Shown one piece after another: positions 11,095 through 21,135 of a DNA stretch of 64,000 nt. Source of the DNA: Minutocellus sp. GHC0000111 (taxonomy: Eukaryota); assembly GCA_977018835.1 (NCBI GenBank), contig OZ361260.1:1860001-1924000 (forward strand), written 5' to 3'. Position numbers and translations under genes: made by a program. The notes under the pieces are model-generated. The model had not been told where the DNA came from, searched no databases, and saw only the letters and a list, made by a program, of their open reading frames with translations. Positions within the stretch are counted from its first letter, which is position 1. Each line of letters opens with the position of its first letter.

Positions 11095-13617
11095 ATGGAA
11101 ACATCACGTGCTAACGCTAAGGAGGCAATCCTCTCACTCTTGCTCTCATTCCCAGACGACGTCAGATGTACTTGCTGCACTGTTGATGAGCTTGTCCGCA
11201 TCTTGATGCGCGGTGGCGCATCGCCGAGCTTAGAGATCTCTCTTGTTCGATCATCTCTTCAACACGTCCCAACACGACACGAGGTCAACATCCAACGACG
11301 ACGTCCAGAGAAAACATCAGGCCTTGACGTTGCAAAGCCCTTCTACCGCTTCTCCAGAATAGCCGACAACGCCAGCCCACGCTCTCAACGCAATGGCAAG
11401 CGATCACTGCCGACCACACCTGAAAATTACTTCCAGGACGATGAAAAGCATGGGCCCCATCTCAACGCGACGCTGAAATGTTGTTCCGACAAGAATTCTT
11501 CGGTCGGTCGGTCATCTGCTCCCACCGCCAACGCTGCCGATCGTCCCAACATCACCGGCGTGCAGCTCAACGGCAAAAGAATTGTGGTTGAGATGAAGCA
11601 GCTGCATGATTTCGCACAGAATCTCCACCGATCGTGCGGCAATCTGTGTCTCTCGGCCGAGCCAGTTCGCCGTGGATTCGGCGTTACATTTGAATGGCGA
11701 TGCGACAGATGCAACCAACCTTTTTCTTTTTGCACTTGGATCGGCCAGAGGTCAGAAGTTGTGTGCCCCGGCAGAAAGCATTCTAGAAGTCAGGCTGGAA
11801 TGAACTTGGAGCTGATGGAGGCAGCGGAAGATGAGGCCATGTGCGCAAGTCGCTTCATGAGTTTCTGCACGAAGGCCATCCGACCGAAAAGAATGCCCGA
11901 CAGGTGGAAAAGAAATGCAGAGCAGCGGCTGTTGAAGCAGCTGATGAAATCATTGACGAGAACAGGGCAAAAGCACATGCCGCTAGCAGCAAGACTGTTG
12001 AGTTTGAACAAGGCGGCGAGATGCACACGGCGGCGGTGGTTGCGGTGGCCCAAGACGGCAGCGCCCTCAAACGCGACTGACTACGGCCATTGCTACACTG
12101 GCTCTGCTGCAGCGGTATTTGCCGTAGACAAGGAAACTGGCCTTGTTGTTGACAAGGGAATCTCTCAGGCAAGCTGCCACTATTGCGTGAGAGCCTGCAA
12201 TGCAAGATTGAGGGAGAGGCGGGAAGCCGGCAATCCAACAACGCCGAGTGAGCTCAAAAACATGAGCAAGGATGAGACACTGGCCCTGTACGACCATGAT
12301 GGCTTCTGCTATCGCAACTCTTCCTACTCCCCCGGTGTGGCAGAGGAGCATCTGGCCGAGAATGTTGGACGGAATCTTCTGGTCGACGATGAAGGAAGCG
12401 TGCAGGCGTGTCCTCTTTTCGTTGAGAAGCACGTTGCCGATGGCGACAGCAAAGGCATTGCCAGGGCAGCAGCCGCTCAGGAAGACATAGTAGGTGATGA
12501 GTTGGCTTCTGGTGTTGAGCTTTGCCGTGACTTTAATCATCTGAGCAATTCAATTGACTCAGGCTTTCGAAAAGCATGCAAAGGAGTTGAAAATTTTAAT
12601 GCCATCCCCCGACCACGCATCAATCGGATGAAACAGGACATTTCGAAGATTGCTGATCGGTACAAGCACAGCGTTCTCGATCAGCCCGATGGTGCTGTGT
12701 CCGAGGAGGAAAAACAAAGTCATCTGGCCCTCCTTCAGAAAGAACTCCAGTCCGTCGTTCGTCACCAATGTGGCATTCACACTTTTTGCACCACCAACAC
12801 GTGTGATTGGATTCGCCTCAGCATTGCTCATCCTGATTGGAGTGATGGCAAGCTCGATGAGGAATGGAGCTCGGGGAATCAATTCGATGGCGACATGTTG
12901 GAGATTAGTGACGACACGATTCGCAAGATGACGCTTGAAATAACCAAGAGAATCAACAAGAATACTGCCGACTCCAACTGCAAGAAGGAATCTACCACCG
13001 GCGTCGAACAGCTCAACGGGATGGTGACGAAGTTCACGATGGGGAAAAGGCCGAATTTGACTGCTTCAGACGCCTACCCAAATGCAACAAGTAGAGCCGC
13101 TGGCCACAAGTCACTGGGTACGGAATTCAATGAGCGAGTTCTTGGAAAGTTGGGATCGAGGGATTCTCCTACCCGAAAAGATGGATTCGATGCAATTGAC
13201 CGGAAGCTCGAGGGCGACCTTGCGCGTAAGCGCACCGATGAGTACAAAAAGAGCAAGAGCGACAGCAAGCGCCTTCGAGCAGCCTTGCGAAACAGAAGCG
13301 AGAAAGACGACAAGGACTATGTGTACAAGAAGAACAGGGCCCTAGCTGCTGGTAAGGCGAAACCAGCAAAGCCTGGCCGCAAGAAGAAGATTGACCAGCA
13401 GTGTCAGAAATGCAAGCAGCTTGGCCACACTCGGGCTGAATGTCAATGCGACGATGCTGACGACGTTGTCGTTTACGCCGGAAAGAAGCGCAGAAGCCCA
13501 GGCAGCAACAAGAAATCTGCAAGAAATAATAAGAAAGCTAAGACAAACTTCGGTGTATCGGCAAATGATGTTAGCTCTTGGATGCCGGCGATACTGAGAG
13601 AAAATGGCAGCTTGTAA
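11095..13617 (+). CDS. Kolobok-type transposase, unit 2
   Basis: Translation identical to unit 1. Confidence 0.85.
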   Translation: METSRANAKEAILSLLLSFPDDVRCTCCTVDELVRILMRGGASPSLEISLVRSSLQHVPTRHEVNIQRRRPEKTSGLDVAKPFYRFSRIADNASPRSQRNGKRSLPTTPENYFQDDEKHGPHLNATLKCCSDKNSSVGRSSAPTANAADRPNITGVQLNGKRIVVEMKQLHDFAQNLHRSCGNLCLSAEPVRRGFGVTFEWRCDRCNQPFSFCTWIGQRSEVVCPGRKHSRSQAGMNLELMEAAEDEAMCASRFMSFCTKAIRPKRMPDRWKRNAEQRLLKQLMKSLTRTGQKHMPLAARLLSLNKAARCTRRRWLRWPKTAAPSNATDYGHCYTGSAAAVFAVDKETGLVVDKGISQASCHYCVRACNARLRERREAGNPTTPSELKNMSKDETLALYDHDGFCYRNSSYSPGVAEEHLAENVGRNLLVDDEGSVQACPLFVEKHVADGDSKGIARAAAAQEDIVGDELASGVELCRDFNHLSNSIDSGFRKACKGVENFNAIPRPRINRMKQDISKIADRYKHSVLDQPDGAVSEEEKQSHLALLQKELQSVVRHQCGIHTFCTTNTCDWIRLSIAHPDWSDGKLDEEWSSGNQFDGDMLEISDDTIRKMTLEITKRINKNTADSNCKKESTTGVEQLNGMVTKFTMGKRPNLTASDAYPNATSRAAGHKSLGTEFNERVLGKLGSRDSPTRKDGFDAIDRKLEGDLARKRTDEYKKSKSDSKRLRAALRNRSEKDDKDYVYKKNRALAAGKAKPAKPGRKKKIDQQCQKCKQLGHTRAECQCDDADDVVVYAGKKRRSPGSNKKSARNNKKAKTNFGVSANDVSSWMPAILRENGSL

Positions 13618-14197
13618 ACACGTGCAAAATATTTTATCACTGTAAATAAAAATGGATTTATTGTGTGCTGTTACTCACGTGCTACGCACATTCTTGTTAT
13701 CTACATGTGTTCAAGGGGATCTGCCACCTTAAGAGGGCGCTGTCCATAACTTTTAGGAAGCCCCCAAAATGCGTGTTTTGTGCCGTTTCTTCTTCGCACC
13801 ATCGCCAAAGTTAGCACTCCAACGCGACAATGGGCTCCTCATCGAAGGCCGCCGCTCTCCACAGTGGCGAAGAGTCATCGACGTTCCTTTCAGAATTAAG
13901 TCGGAAATCCCTCCAGGAACACTTGGTTCAGAGGAACTTCGATGAATCAACTCTCCCTCAGAAATGCAATGGTCGACGTGCACATCATCGTCGGATCGAC
14001 CGAAATTAGTCTCGGCCGACGCATGACCAGCATTGGTGGTGCTGGTGGGAAGATATCTTGAAGTTTTGCTGTTGGGAGGTAAGGGGATATTTGTTTGGGG
14101 TATTTTTGCACGTCTCCCTCATTTGGGGTTCTTTTTGTAAGGTTCTCATCGAAAAGCGTGTCTTGCGCCAGAACCGACACAAAACAAAAAAACAACC

Positions 14198-16720
14198 ATG
14201 GAAACATCACGTGCTAACGCTAAGGAGGCAATCCTCTCACTCTTGCTCTCATTCCCAGACGACGTCAGATGTACTTGCTGCACTGTTGATGAGCTTGTCC
14301 GCATCTTGATGCGCGGTGGCGCATCGCCGAGCTTAGAGATCTCTCTTGTTCGATCATCTCTTCAACACGTCCCAACACGACACGAGGTCAACATCCAACG
14401 ACGACGTCCAGAGAAAACATCAGGCCTTGACGTTGCAAAGCCCTTCTACCGCTTCTCCAGAATAGCCGACAACGCCAGCCCACGCTCTCAACGCAATGGC
14501 AAGCGATCACTGCCGACCACACCTGAAAATTACTTCCAGGACGATGAAAAGCATGGGCCCCATCTCAACGCGACGCTGAAATGTTGTTCCGACAAGAATT
14601 CTTCGGTCGGTCGGTCATCTGCTCCCACCGCCAACGCTGCCGATCGTCCCAACATCACCGGCGTGCAGCTCAACGGCAAAAGAATTGTGGTTGAGATGAA
14701 GCAGCTGCATGATTTCGCACAGAATCTCCACCGATCGTGCGGCAATCTGTGTCTCTCGGCCGAGCCAGTTCGCCGTGGATTCGGCGTTACATTTGAATGG
14801 CGATGCGACAGATGCAACCAACCTTTTTCTTTTTGCACTTGGATCGGCCAGAGGTCAGAAGTTGTGTGCCCCGGCAGAAAGCATTCTAGAAGTCAGGCTG
14901 GAATGAACTTGGAGCTGATGGAGGCAGCGGAAGATGAGGCCATGTGCGCAAGTCGCTTCATGAGTTTCTGCACGAAGGCCATCCGACCGAAAAGAATGCC
15001 CGACAGGTGGAAAAGAAATGCAGAGCAGCGGCTGTTGAAGCAGCTGATGAAATCATTGACGAGAACAGGGCAAAAGCACATGCCGCTAGCAGCAAGACTG
15101 TTGAGTTTGAACAAGGCGGCGAGATGCACACGGCGGCGGTGGTTGCGGTGGCCCAAGACGGCAGCGCCCTCAAACGCGACTGACTACGGCCATTGCTACA
15201 CTGGCTCTGCTGCAGCGGTATTTGCCGTAGACAAGGAAACTGGCCTTGTTGTTGACAAGGGAATCTCTCAGGCAAGCTGCCACTATTGCGTGAGAGCCTG
15301 CAATGCAAGATTGAGGGAGAGGCGGGAAGCCGGCAATCCAACAACGCCGAGTGAGCTCAAAAACATGAGCAAGGATGAGACACTGGCCCTGTACGACCAT
15401 GATGGCTTCTGCTATCGCAACTCTTCCTACTCCCCCGGTGTGGCAGAGGAGCATCTGGCCGAGAATGTTGGACGGAATCTTCTGGTCGACGATGAAGGAA
15501 GCGTGCAGGCGTGTCCTCTTTTCGTTGAGAAGCACGTTGCCGATGGCGACAGCAAAGGCATTGCCAGGGCAGCAGCCGCTCAGGAAGACATAGTAGGTGA
15601 TGAGTTGGCTTCTGGTGTTGAGCTTTGCCGTGACTTTAATCATCTGAGCAATTCAATTGACTCAGGCTTTCGAAAAGCATGCAAAGGAGTTGAAAATTTT
15701 AATGCCATCCCCCGACCACGCATCAATCGGATGAAACAGGACATTTCGAAGATTGCTGATCGGTACAAGCACAGCGTTCTCGATCAGCCCGATGGTGCTG
15801 TGTCCGAGGAGGAAAAACAAAGTCATCTGGCCCTCCTTCAGAAAGAACTCCAGTCCGTCGTTCGTCACCAATGTGGCATTCACACTTTTTGCACCACCAA
15901 CACGTGTGATTGGATTCGCCTCAGCATTGCTCATCCTGATTGGAGTGATGGCAAGCTCGATGAGGAATGGAGCTCGGGGAATCAATTCGATGGCGACATG
16001 TTGGAGATTAGTGACGACACGATTCGCAAGATGACGCTTGAAATAACCAAGAGAATCAACAAGAATACTGCCGACTCCAACTGCAAGAAGGAATCTACCA
16101 CCGGCGTCGAACAGCTCAACGGGATGGTGACGAAGTTCACGATGGGGAAAAGGCCGAATTTGACTGCTTCAGACGCCTACCCAAATGCAACAAGTAGAGC
16201 CGCTGGCCACAAGTCACTGGGTACGGAATTCAATGAGCGAGTTCTTGGAAAGTTGGGATCGAGGGATTCTCCTACCCGAAAAGATGGATTCGATGCAATT
16301 GACCGGAAGCTCGAGGGCGACCTTGCGCGTAAGCGCACCGATGAGTACAAAAAGAGCAAGAGCGACAGCAAGCGCCTTCGAGCAGCCTTGCGAAACAGAA
16401 GCGAGAAAGACGACAAGGACTATGTGTACAAGAAGAACAGGGCCCTAGCTGCTGGTAAGGCGAAACCAGCAAAGCCTGGCCGCAAGAAGAAGATTGACCA
16501 GCAGTGTCAGAAATGCAAGCAGCTTGGCCACACTCGGGCTGAATGTCAATGCGACGATGCTGACGACGTTGTCGTTTACGCCGGAAAGAAGCGCAGAAGC
16601 CCAGGCAGCAACAAGAAATCTGCAAGAAATAATAAGAAAGCTAAGACAAACTTCGGTGTATCGGCAAATGATGTTAGCTCTTGGATGCCGGCGATACTGA
16701 GAGAAAATGGCAGCTTGTAA
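14198..16720 (+). CDS. Kolobok-type transposase, unit 3
   Basis: Translation identical to unit 1. Confidence 0.85.
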   Translation: METSRANAKEAILSLLLSFPDDVRCTCCTVDELVRILMRGGASPSLEISLVRSSLQHVPTRHEVNIQRRRPEKTSGLDVAKPFYRFSRIADNASPRSQRNGKRSLPTTPENYFQDDEKHGPHLNATLKCCSDKNSSVGRSSAPTANAADRPNITGVQLNGKRIVVEMKQLHDFAQNLHRSCGNLCLSAEPVRRGFGVTFEWRCDRCNQPFSFCTWIGQRSEVVCPGRKHSRSQAGMNLELMEAAEDEAMCASRFMSFCTKAIRPKRMPDRWKRNAEQRLLKQLMKSLTRTGQKHMPLAARLLSLNKAARCTRRRWLRWPKTAAPSNATDYGHCYTGSAAAVFAVDKETGLVVDKGISQASCHYCVRACNARLRERREAGNPTTPSELKNMSKDETLALYDHDGFCYRNSSYSPGVAEEHLAENVGRNLLVDDEGSVQACPLFVEKHVADGDSKGIARAAAAQEDIVGDELASGVELCRDFNHLSNSIDSGFRKACKGVENFNAIPRPRINRMKQDISKIADRYKHSVLDQPDGAVSEEEKQSHLALLQKELQSVVRHQCGIHTFCTTNTCDWIRLSIAHPDWSDGKLDEEWSSGNQFDGDMLEISDDTIRKMTLEITKRINKNTADSNCKKESTTGVEQLNGMVTKFTMGKRPNLTASDAYPNATSRAAGHKSLGTEFNERVLGKLGSRDSPTRKDGFDAIDRKLEGDLARKRTDEYKKSKSDSKRLRAALRNRSEKDDKDYVYKKNRALAAGKAKPAKPGRKKKIDQQCQKCKQLGHTRAECQCDDADDVVVYAGKKRRSPGSNKKSARNNKKAKTNFGVSANDVSSWMPAILRENGSL

Positions 16721-16824
16721 ACACGTGCAAAATATTTTATCACTGTAAATAAAAATGGATTTATTGTGTGCTGTTACTCACGTGCTACGCACATTCTTGT
16801 TATCTACATGTGTTGAGGTAATGA

Positions 16825-18054
16825 TTATGCATTTTCCTCTTCTTCTTCCTCTTCATCTTGATGACCAGGGATGAATCCAACATATCGTTCACCTTTATCA
16901 TTTGGATAAATGAACCTAATGCAAAAGACTAGACAGGTTGGCAAGGGCTTCCGATCAAGCCAACCTCTCACATGATACACCTCAGTTGCATAGTACCAAT
17001 ACAGCATGTTCCTCTTCAAATTATTTGCCATGGCTTCGACTGGCATGGTGGTTGCGTAGTATTTGTCAGCGATATCCTCCAGGTCCTCCTCCGTCGGCAC
17101 CAGCATTTCTTCGCAGACGCATTTCTGAAAGAAGAGTGTGCCGTACATTGAGCAGCTTCGGTTGGCGGCAGTGCAGCAAGCAGGGGGTATTGGCGGCCTC
17201 TCTCTGGTCTCGTCCCAATTACCGAATGTGTCTGCCTCCGGCGCTGCCGTCGGATCATCGTCGGCTTCCTCACAAACGGCCGCAACAAGAGCATCCGTGT
17301 CCGATCTGATCGCTGCTGATGGCCCACCATCTACCTGCAGAAGTTGGCCCATTCCAACAATATCAAAATCAACTAGTCCAATCCCAGCAGTAGAGTGTAT
17401 GTCATCATATGGAGCCACATGCCATCGGTGGAACTTTGTCAATTTGATCACATGGCCCTGTTGTAGACTTCGGGCCTTTTCGGTAATTGTCAGGGCAACA
17501 CGAGCGACGATAAGCTTTCCGCTTCCATCAAGCAAAGTAAGCGATGTGGTGTTGAAAGGTCGGCCGTGCGCAGCAAGAGCCGATCCAATATCGATCCGTT
17601 TCCCATGAAGTTGAAATATAGGGAAGAATTCAGGTCCGGCGTCAAACATGGGATCTTGCAATTGATCGACGATGCCGACCGTCAGCCTCAACTTCACATC
17701 AGCCACGGACAGGTTGGTAACTACGAGGCCGGGCCGCTCAGCAGCGACATCAATATCATCCCGAACATGATACTTATCAGCGCGAGCCTCGACTGCTTTG
17801 ACAAGATGTTGAAGTGCATGGCCGACGCCGGGATTGTTCCATAATTCTCGTCCTTGTCCGTTCGGGTCGTTCTCCAACGTGACGGCGAGGCCCTCCAGTA
17901 TCTCGGTAACGGCGTCTTTCGCTTTGTCCTCCGCCTTCTCTTTCTTCTTGTCAACAGGCAAAATCGGGCGACCGGAGTTATCTGTCTTGAGTTTCCGCAA
18001 CCGCGTATCTGCGTTGTGGGCCGGGCCGGCACTATTATCAGCGCTGCGCTTCAT
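16825..18054 (-). CDS. KolX-like accessory protein (P2X7 intracellular-domain-like C-terminus) with an N-terminal OB-fold-like region
   Basis: C-terminus NNLKRNMLYWYY...GWLDRKPLPTCLVFCIRFIYPNDKGERYVGF matches the KolX/P2X7-ballast pattern; intact 409-aa ORF inside the TIRs, convergent with the transposase. Confidence 0.8.
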   Translation of the reverse strand: MKRSADNSAGPAHNADTRLRKLKTDNSGRPILPVDKKKEKAEDKAKDAVTEILEGLAVTLENDPNGQGRELWNNPGVGHALQHLVKAVEARADKYHVRDDIDVAAERPGLVVTNLSVADVKLRLTVGIVDQLQDPMFDAGPEFFPIFQLHGKRIDIGSALAAHGRPFNTTSLTLLDGSGKLIVARVALTITEKARSLQQGHVIKLTKFHRWHVAPYDDIHSTAGIGLVDFDIVGMGQLLQVDGGPSAAIRSDTDALVAAVCEEADDDPTAAPEADTFGNWDETRERPPIPPACCTAANRSCSMYGTLFFQKCVCEEMLVPTEEDLEDIADKYYATTMPVEAMANNLKRNMLYWYYATEVYHVRGWLDRKPLPTCLVFCIRFIYPNDKGERYVGFIPGHQDEEEEEEENA

Positions 18055-18262
18055 CGTAATGAAGAGGGGGCAGAGCGGCGATTCTCATGGTGGGGTCGAG
18101 TTTTTGTCATGCTTCGCTCGTCATAAGAAATAAGAATAAGGGGGATTAAAAACGGGGAAAATTATGGACAGCGCCCTCTTAATCCACACCGTGCCACCCG
18201 CCACAAAGCAAGCGCAAGTCAGAGCTGACAGCAGAGATACTACTAGCTAGTACCATCAGATC

Positions 18263-19276
18263 ATGAGCAGCAAACAATTCCAGCACCAAACGCATCACTC
18301 CTCGGCCGATGCCATCCTCTCCTCCAAGGCCACAACGGGCTACCACGGACGAGGTGGTGGGGGTGGACGTGCCGCCGAGCCGCCTCCTCGCATCGTTCTG
18401 CCTGCCGATTTTGGCCAAGAGGATGTTGCCAAACCCTCGGCTGCGGATCTCTCGGTCTCGACCGAGGTAGAGCCCTTCGCCGTTGGGCTGGCGGGCCGAT
18501 ACGTTGGCAAGGTGGCGATGATATCGGGCGGTGCCATGGGAATTGGTGAGGGCTGCGTCCGTGTCTTCCTGGCGGCGGGTGCCAACGTCGTATTCTGTGA
18601 CAAGAAAGTAGACGAAAGCAAGGAGCTGGAGGCCGAACTCAACTCCAACGACCGTCATTCTGGCCGAGCGGTGTTTGTGCAAGCGGATGTATCCGATGTC
18701 GACCAGTGCATCAGTGTAGTCCGAAAGACCATTGAAGAGTTCGGTAGGCTGGACTGCGTCATCAATAATGCTGGATGGCACCCACCGCCTGGCACCATCG
18801 ATGACTTTTCCGTTGCTGACATGCAGGATTTGTTCCAGTTAAATTTCATCAGCTACTTTGCCATTTGTAAGGAGGCACTGCCGCATCTGCGAAAGACCAA
18901 GGGCAACATCATCAACATGAGCAGCTTTGTTGGTGCGTTCGGCCAGGCAGAGGCTGTCACCTATGCGGCCACCAAGGGTGCGACGACCGCCTTCAGCAAG
19001 GCCCTGGCCATCGACGAGGCAAAGAATGGTGTCAGAGTCAACACCGTTAGTCCAGGCAATATTTGGACGCCGCTGTGGAAGGCGTGGAGCGACGGAGAAG
19101 CCGATCCTGTGGCTGCCGCCGAAGCTGGAGATCGAGTCCAATGTATGGGTCGCAAAGGTACCATCGAGGAGACGGGCCGCCTTTGCTTGTGCATCGCTGC
19201 TGATATGACATTCACCACGGGCGTTGGCCACATCCAAAGTGGAGGCGCTGAGCTAGGATATGGAATTCGTTCTTAA
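18263..19276 (+). CDS. Short-chain dehydrogenase, HSD17B14/L-fucose dehydrogenase-like
   Basis: ISGGAMGIG, NNAGWHPP, YAATK catalytic motif, ALAIDE...VSPGNIWTPLW. Confidence 0.85.
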   Translation: MSSKQFQHQTHHSSADAILSSKATTGYHGRGGGGGRAAEPPPRIVLPADFGQEDVAKPSAADLSVSTEVEPFAVGLAGRYVGKVAMISGGAMGIGEGCVRVFLAAGANVVFCDKKVDESKELEAELNSNDRHSGRAVFVQADVSDVDQCISVVRKTIEEFGRLDCVINNAGWHPPPGTIDDFSVADMQDLFQLNFISYFAICKEALPHLRKTKGNIINMSSFVGAFGQAEAVTYAATKGATTAFSKALAIDEAKNGVRVNTVSPGNIWTPLWKAWSDGEADPVAAAEAGDRVQCMGRKGTIEETGRLCLCIAADMTFTTGVGHIQSGGAELGYGIRS

Positions 19277-19362
19277 AAGAGTTTTCGCAATAATAGCCCC
19301 CACAAAAAAAGTAAACGATAAACATGGCATACATGCCACTTTGATGTAGATATTCATTATCT

Positions 19363-20877
19363 TTAGGTTATGTCACCACCAATAATCTCTGGCGAATCTC
19401 TCAATAATTCAAAAACTATATCAAAACATGTTCTGCGAGATATGGGGTCTCGAAAGTCATAATTGATCTTCTCCTCATCTTCTTTCATGATGAGTGAAAA
19501 CACATGAGGATAGATTGGTGCCACCATGCTATCGAGTTCAAATAAACCTTTAGGGTAAGCAAAGAGAAGACTGCGGATGCCACCTTTCCAACTACAGCAC
19601 TCATTCTCTTCCAAAATGACAATCGGGAGCTTTCCTTGGCCGTTTGGGATTTTGGCTACTTCTATGTTGCCCTCAAGCAAGTATTCTATTGGACCTCCTT
19701 CGGTATAAGATCTGGGTAACGCCCTTGCACACGCGCGATGCAGGGGCATATTTCCATTTCCATCAACAAGAACAAGTTGATTTCTGCGCCTCAAAACAAT
19801 GAGGCGTTGCATAATGTTTGATACACCGAGCTCGGGACGTAGGCATGCATTTACTATCGATTTGGACCGGCCCTTTGCATCGATGCGGTCAATACCTGTG
19901 CCATCATTGAAAGAAGCGTTCAGAATAATAACAGACACCGACCAGATGCGCTGAAAGGTATGTCCCTGGCGAAGAGATCCACCGTGAGAAAGCTCTCGGA
20001 TGGCTTCATTGATTCTTTCTCGAGCACTGAAGCAAAGAAAACCAAAAGGAGTGAGGCCCATTGATTGAGGTCTACATGACCCTTCAAGGTGCCGCTGTTG
20101 AAGACACTCCTGCACTATGCCATGTTTGCACAAATACTCCAGAATAAGTCTTATGGCGGATTCGTCCAAATCACTACTCCGGCTACACGCCAAGGCAAGA
20201 GGACTCATTCGTTCTTTATTCTTCTTGAGCATAGCCTCTGGTCTTGTTACATCCAGAATTACCCGCAAGATCGGAAGTGGGAGGTGGAAATCTACCGCAT
20301 CATGAATTGGACAATTTCCTCTGTGGTTCTGCATCAAGCTTGCCTCCCGTGCCTGTTCAACTCGGCATATTTCCTGAACGATTGAAAGACGGGCGCCCAT
20401 GAGCGCTGCCAAGTGAAGCGGGGTATTGCCGTACCAGTCGAGGGTGACAGCAGCGTTCGGTTCGCGCTCAAGCAAAAGTTGAGCAACACTGGCAGGGTCA
20501 GTTGCTGAGGCACTATCTGAACTGAGTGCAACCACGTGCAGTGGCACCAAACCCTCTGCATCTGCAACAAGACAAGCCTGTGGATAGGCCGATACAATGG
20601 CTGCAACGGCGGCCACAGGCGCATGCTTTGCGACTGCAGCATGAAGGGGAGTGCGACTGCGCTCTGACTTTGGGCTTTGATATCGGGCGAGGTCTCGAAA
20701 TGTTGAGGTGGCAAGAGATGCCAGCTGAGCCCAGTCTTCGTCCGTGGTAGCGCGCTGTACAAGATCATACAGCGTCGAGGGCACGTCGGTGTCTTCTTCT
20801 TGTTGCTCCATGTCGTGAAGTCGTTTCCAACATAACATCCATGATGATGCACTGATCAGAAAATACATGTAAGGCAT
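19363..20877 (-). CDS. Ankyrin-repeat protein (start probably MEQQEE at about 20811)
   Basis: TPLHAAV, VPLHVV, GNTPLHLA, GNCPIHDA, GNMPLHRA repeats. Confidence 0.85.
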   Translation of the reverse strand: MPYMYFLISASSWMLCWKRLHDMEQQEEDTDVPSTLYDLVQRATTDEDWAQLASLATSTFRDLARYQSPKSERSRTPLHAAVAKHAPVAAVAAIVSAYPQACLVADAEGLVPLHVVALSSDSASATDPASVAQLLLEREPNAAVTLDWYGNTPLHLAALMGARLSIVQEICRVEQAREASLMQNHRGNCPIHDAVDFHLPLPILRVILDVTRPEAMLKKNKERMSPLALACSRSSDLDESAIRLILEYLCKHGIVQECLQQRHLEGSCRPQSMGLTPFGFLCFSARERINEAIRELSHGGSLRQGHTFQRIWSVSVIILNASFNDGTGIDRIDAKGRSKSIVNACLRPELGVSNIMQRLIVLRRRNQLVLVDGNGNMPLHRACARALPRSYTEGGPIEYLLEGNIEVAKIPNGQGKLPIVILEENECCSWKGGIRSLLFAYPKGLFELDSMVAPIYPHVFSLIMKEDEEKINYDFRDPISRRTCFDIVFELLRDSPEIIGGDIT

Positions 20878-21135
20878 CGAGGCGTACTGTAGGCATCACC
20901 TTGGGCTCTGCGCTGCTGCTGCTGGCCGCTCGCTGCTGCGACTTCGCGTCGTGTCGCGTATCTTCGTACGTACGGCACTCGTACGTATGCGAGCAGCACA
21001 AGATCAGTTGAAGATTTTGAACCGGCCCCGTTGCCTCTGCGAACTGACGATGACATCCGAGAACAATGCCTTCATCATTTCAGCAAGAGCAAGAGAGAAA
21101 CGAGAGTAGCCATTCAATTCAACTCGCCACCGAGA

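Larger units (their letters stand above)
7506..16814 (+). repeat. Direct tandem triplication, 3 x 3103 bp (7506-10608, 10609-13711, 13712-16814)
   Basis: Identical ORF sets at a 3103-nt offset; one visible SNP (C7688 vs A10791/A13894). Confidence 0.95.
7527..18178 (+). mobile_element. Kolobok-type DNA transposon, copy A, with triplicated left-end+transposase module
   Basis: TIR GAGGGCGCTGTCCATAA (7527) / TTATGGACAGCGCCCTC (ends 18178); TTAA at 7523-7526 and 18179-18182; DDE transposase plus convergent KolX-like gene. Confidence 0.85.

Noticed and set aside
7506..16814. LTR retroelement or long-terminal-direct-repeat composite transposon
   Set aside because: The repeats are head-to-tail units containing the entire ORF and external flank; no RT, integrase or His-Me nuclease was seen.
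7527..18178. piggyBac or Sola3 assignment (TTAA TSD, GAG ends)
   Set aside because: Transposase motifs (DGS, TGxVVD, DGDSK, NH, ExxN) and the convergent KolX-like gene fit Kolobok.
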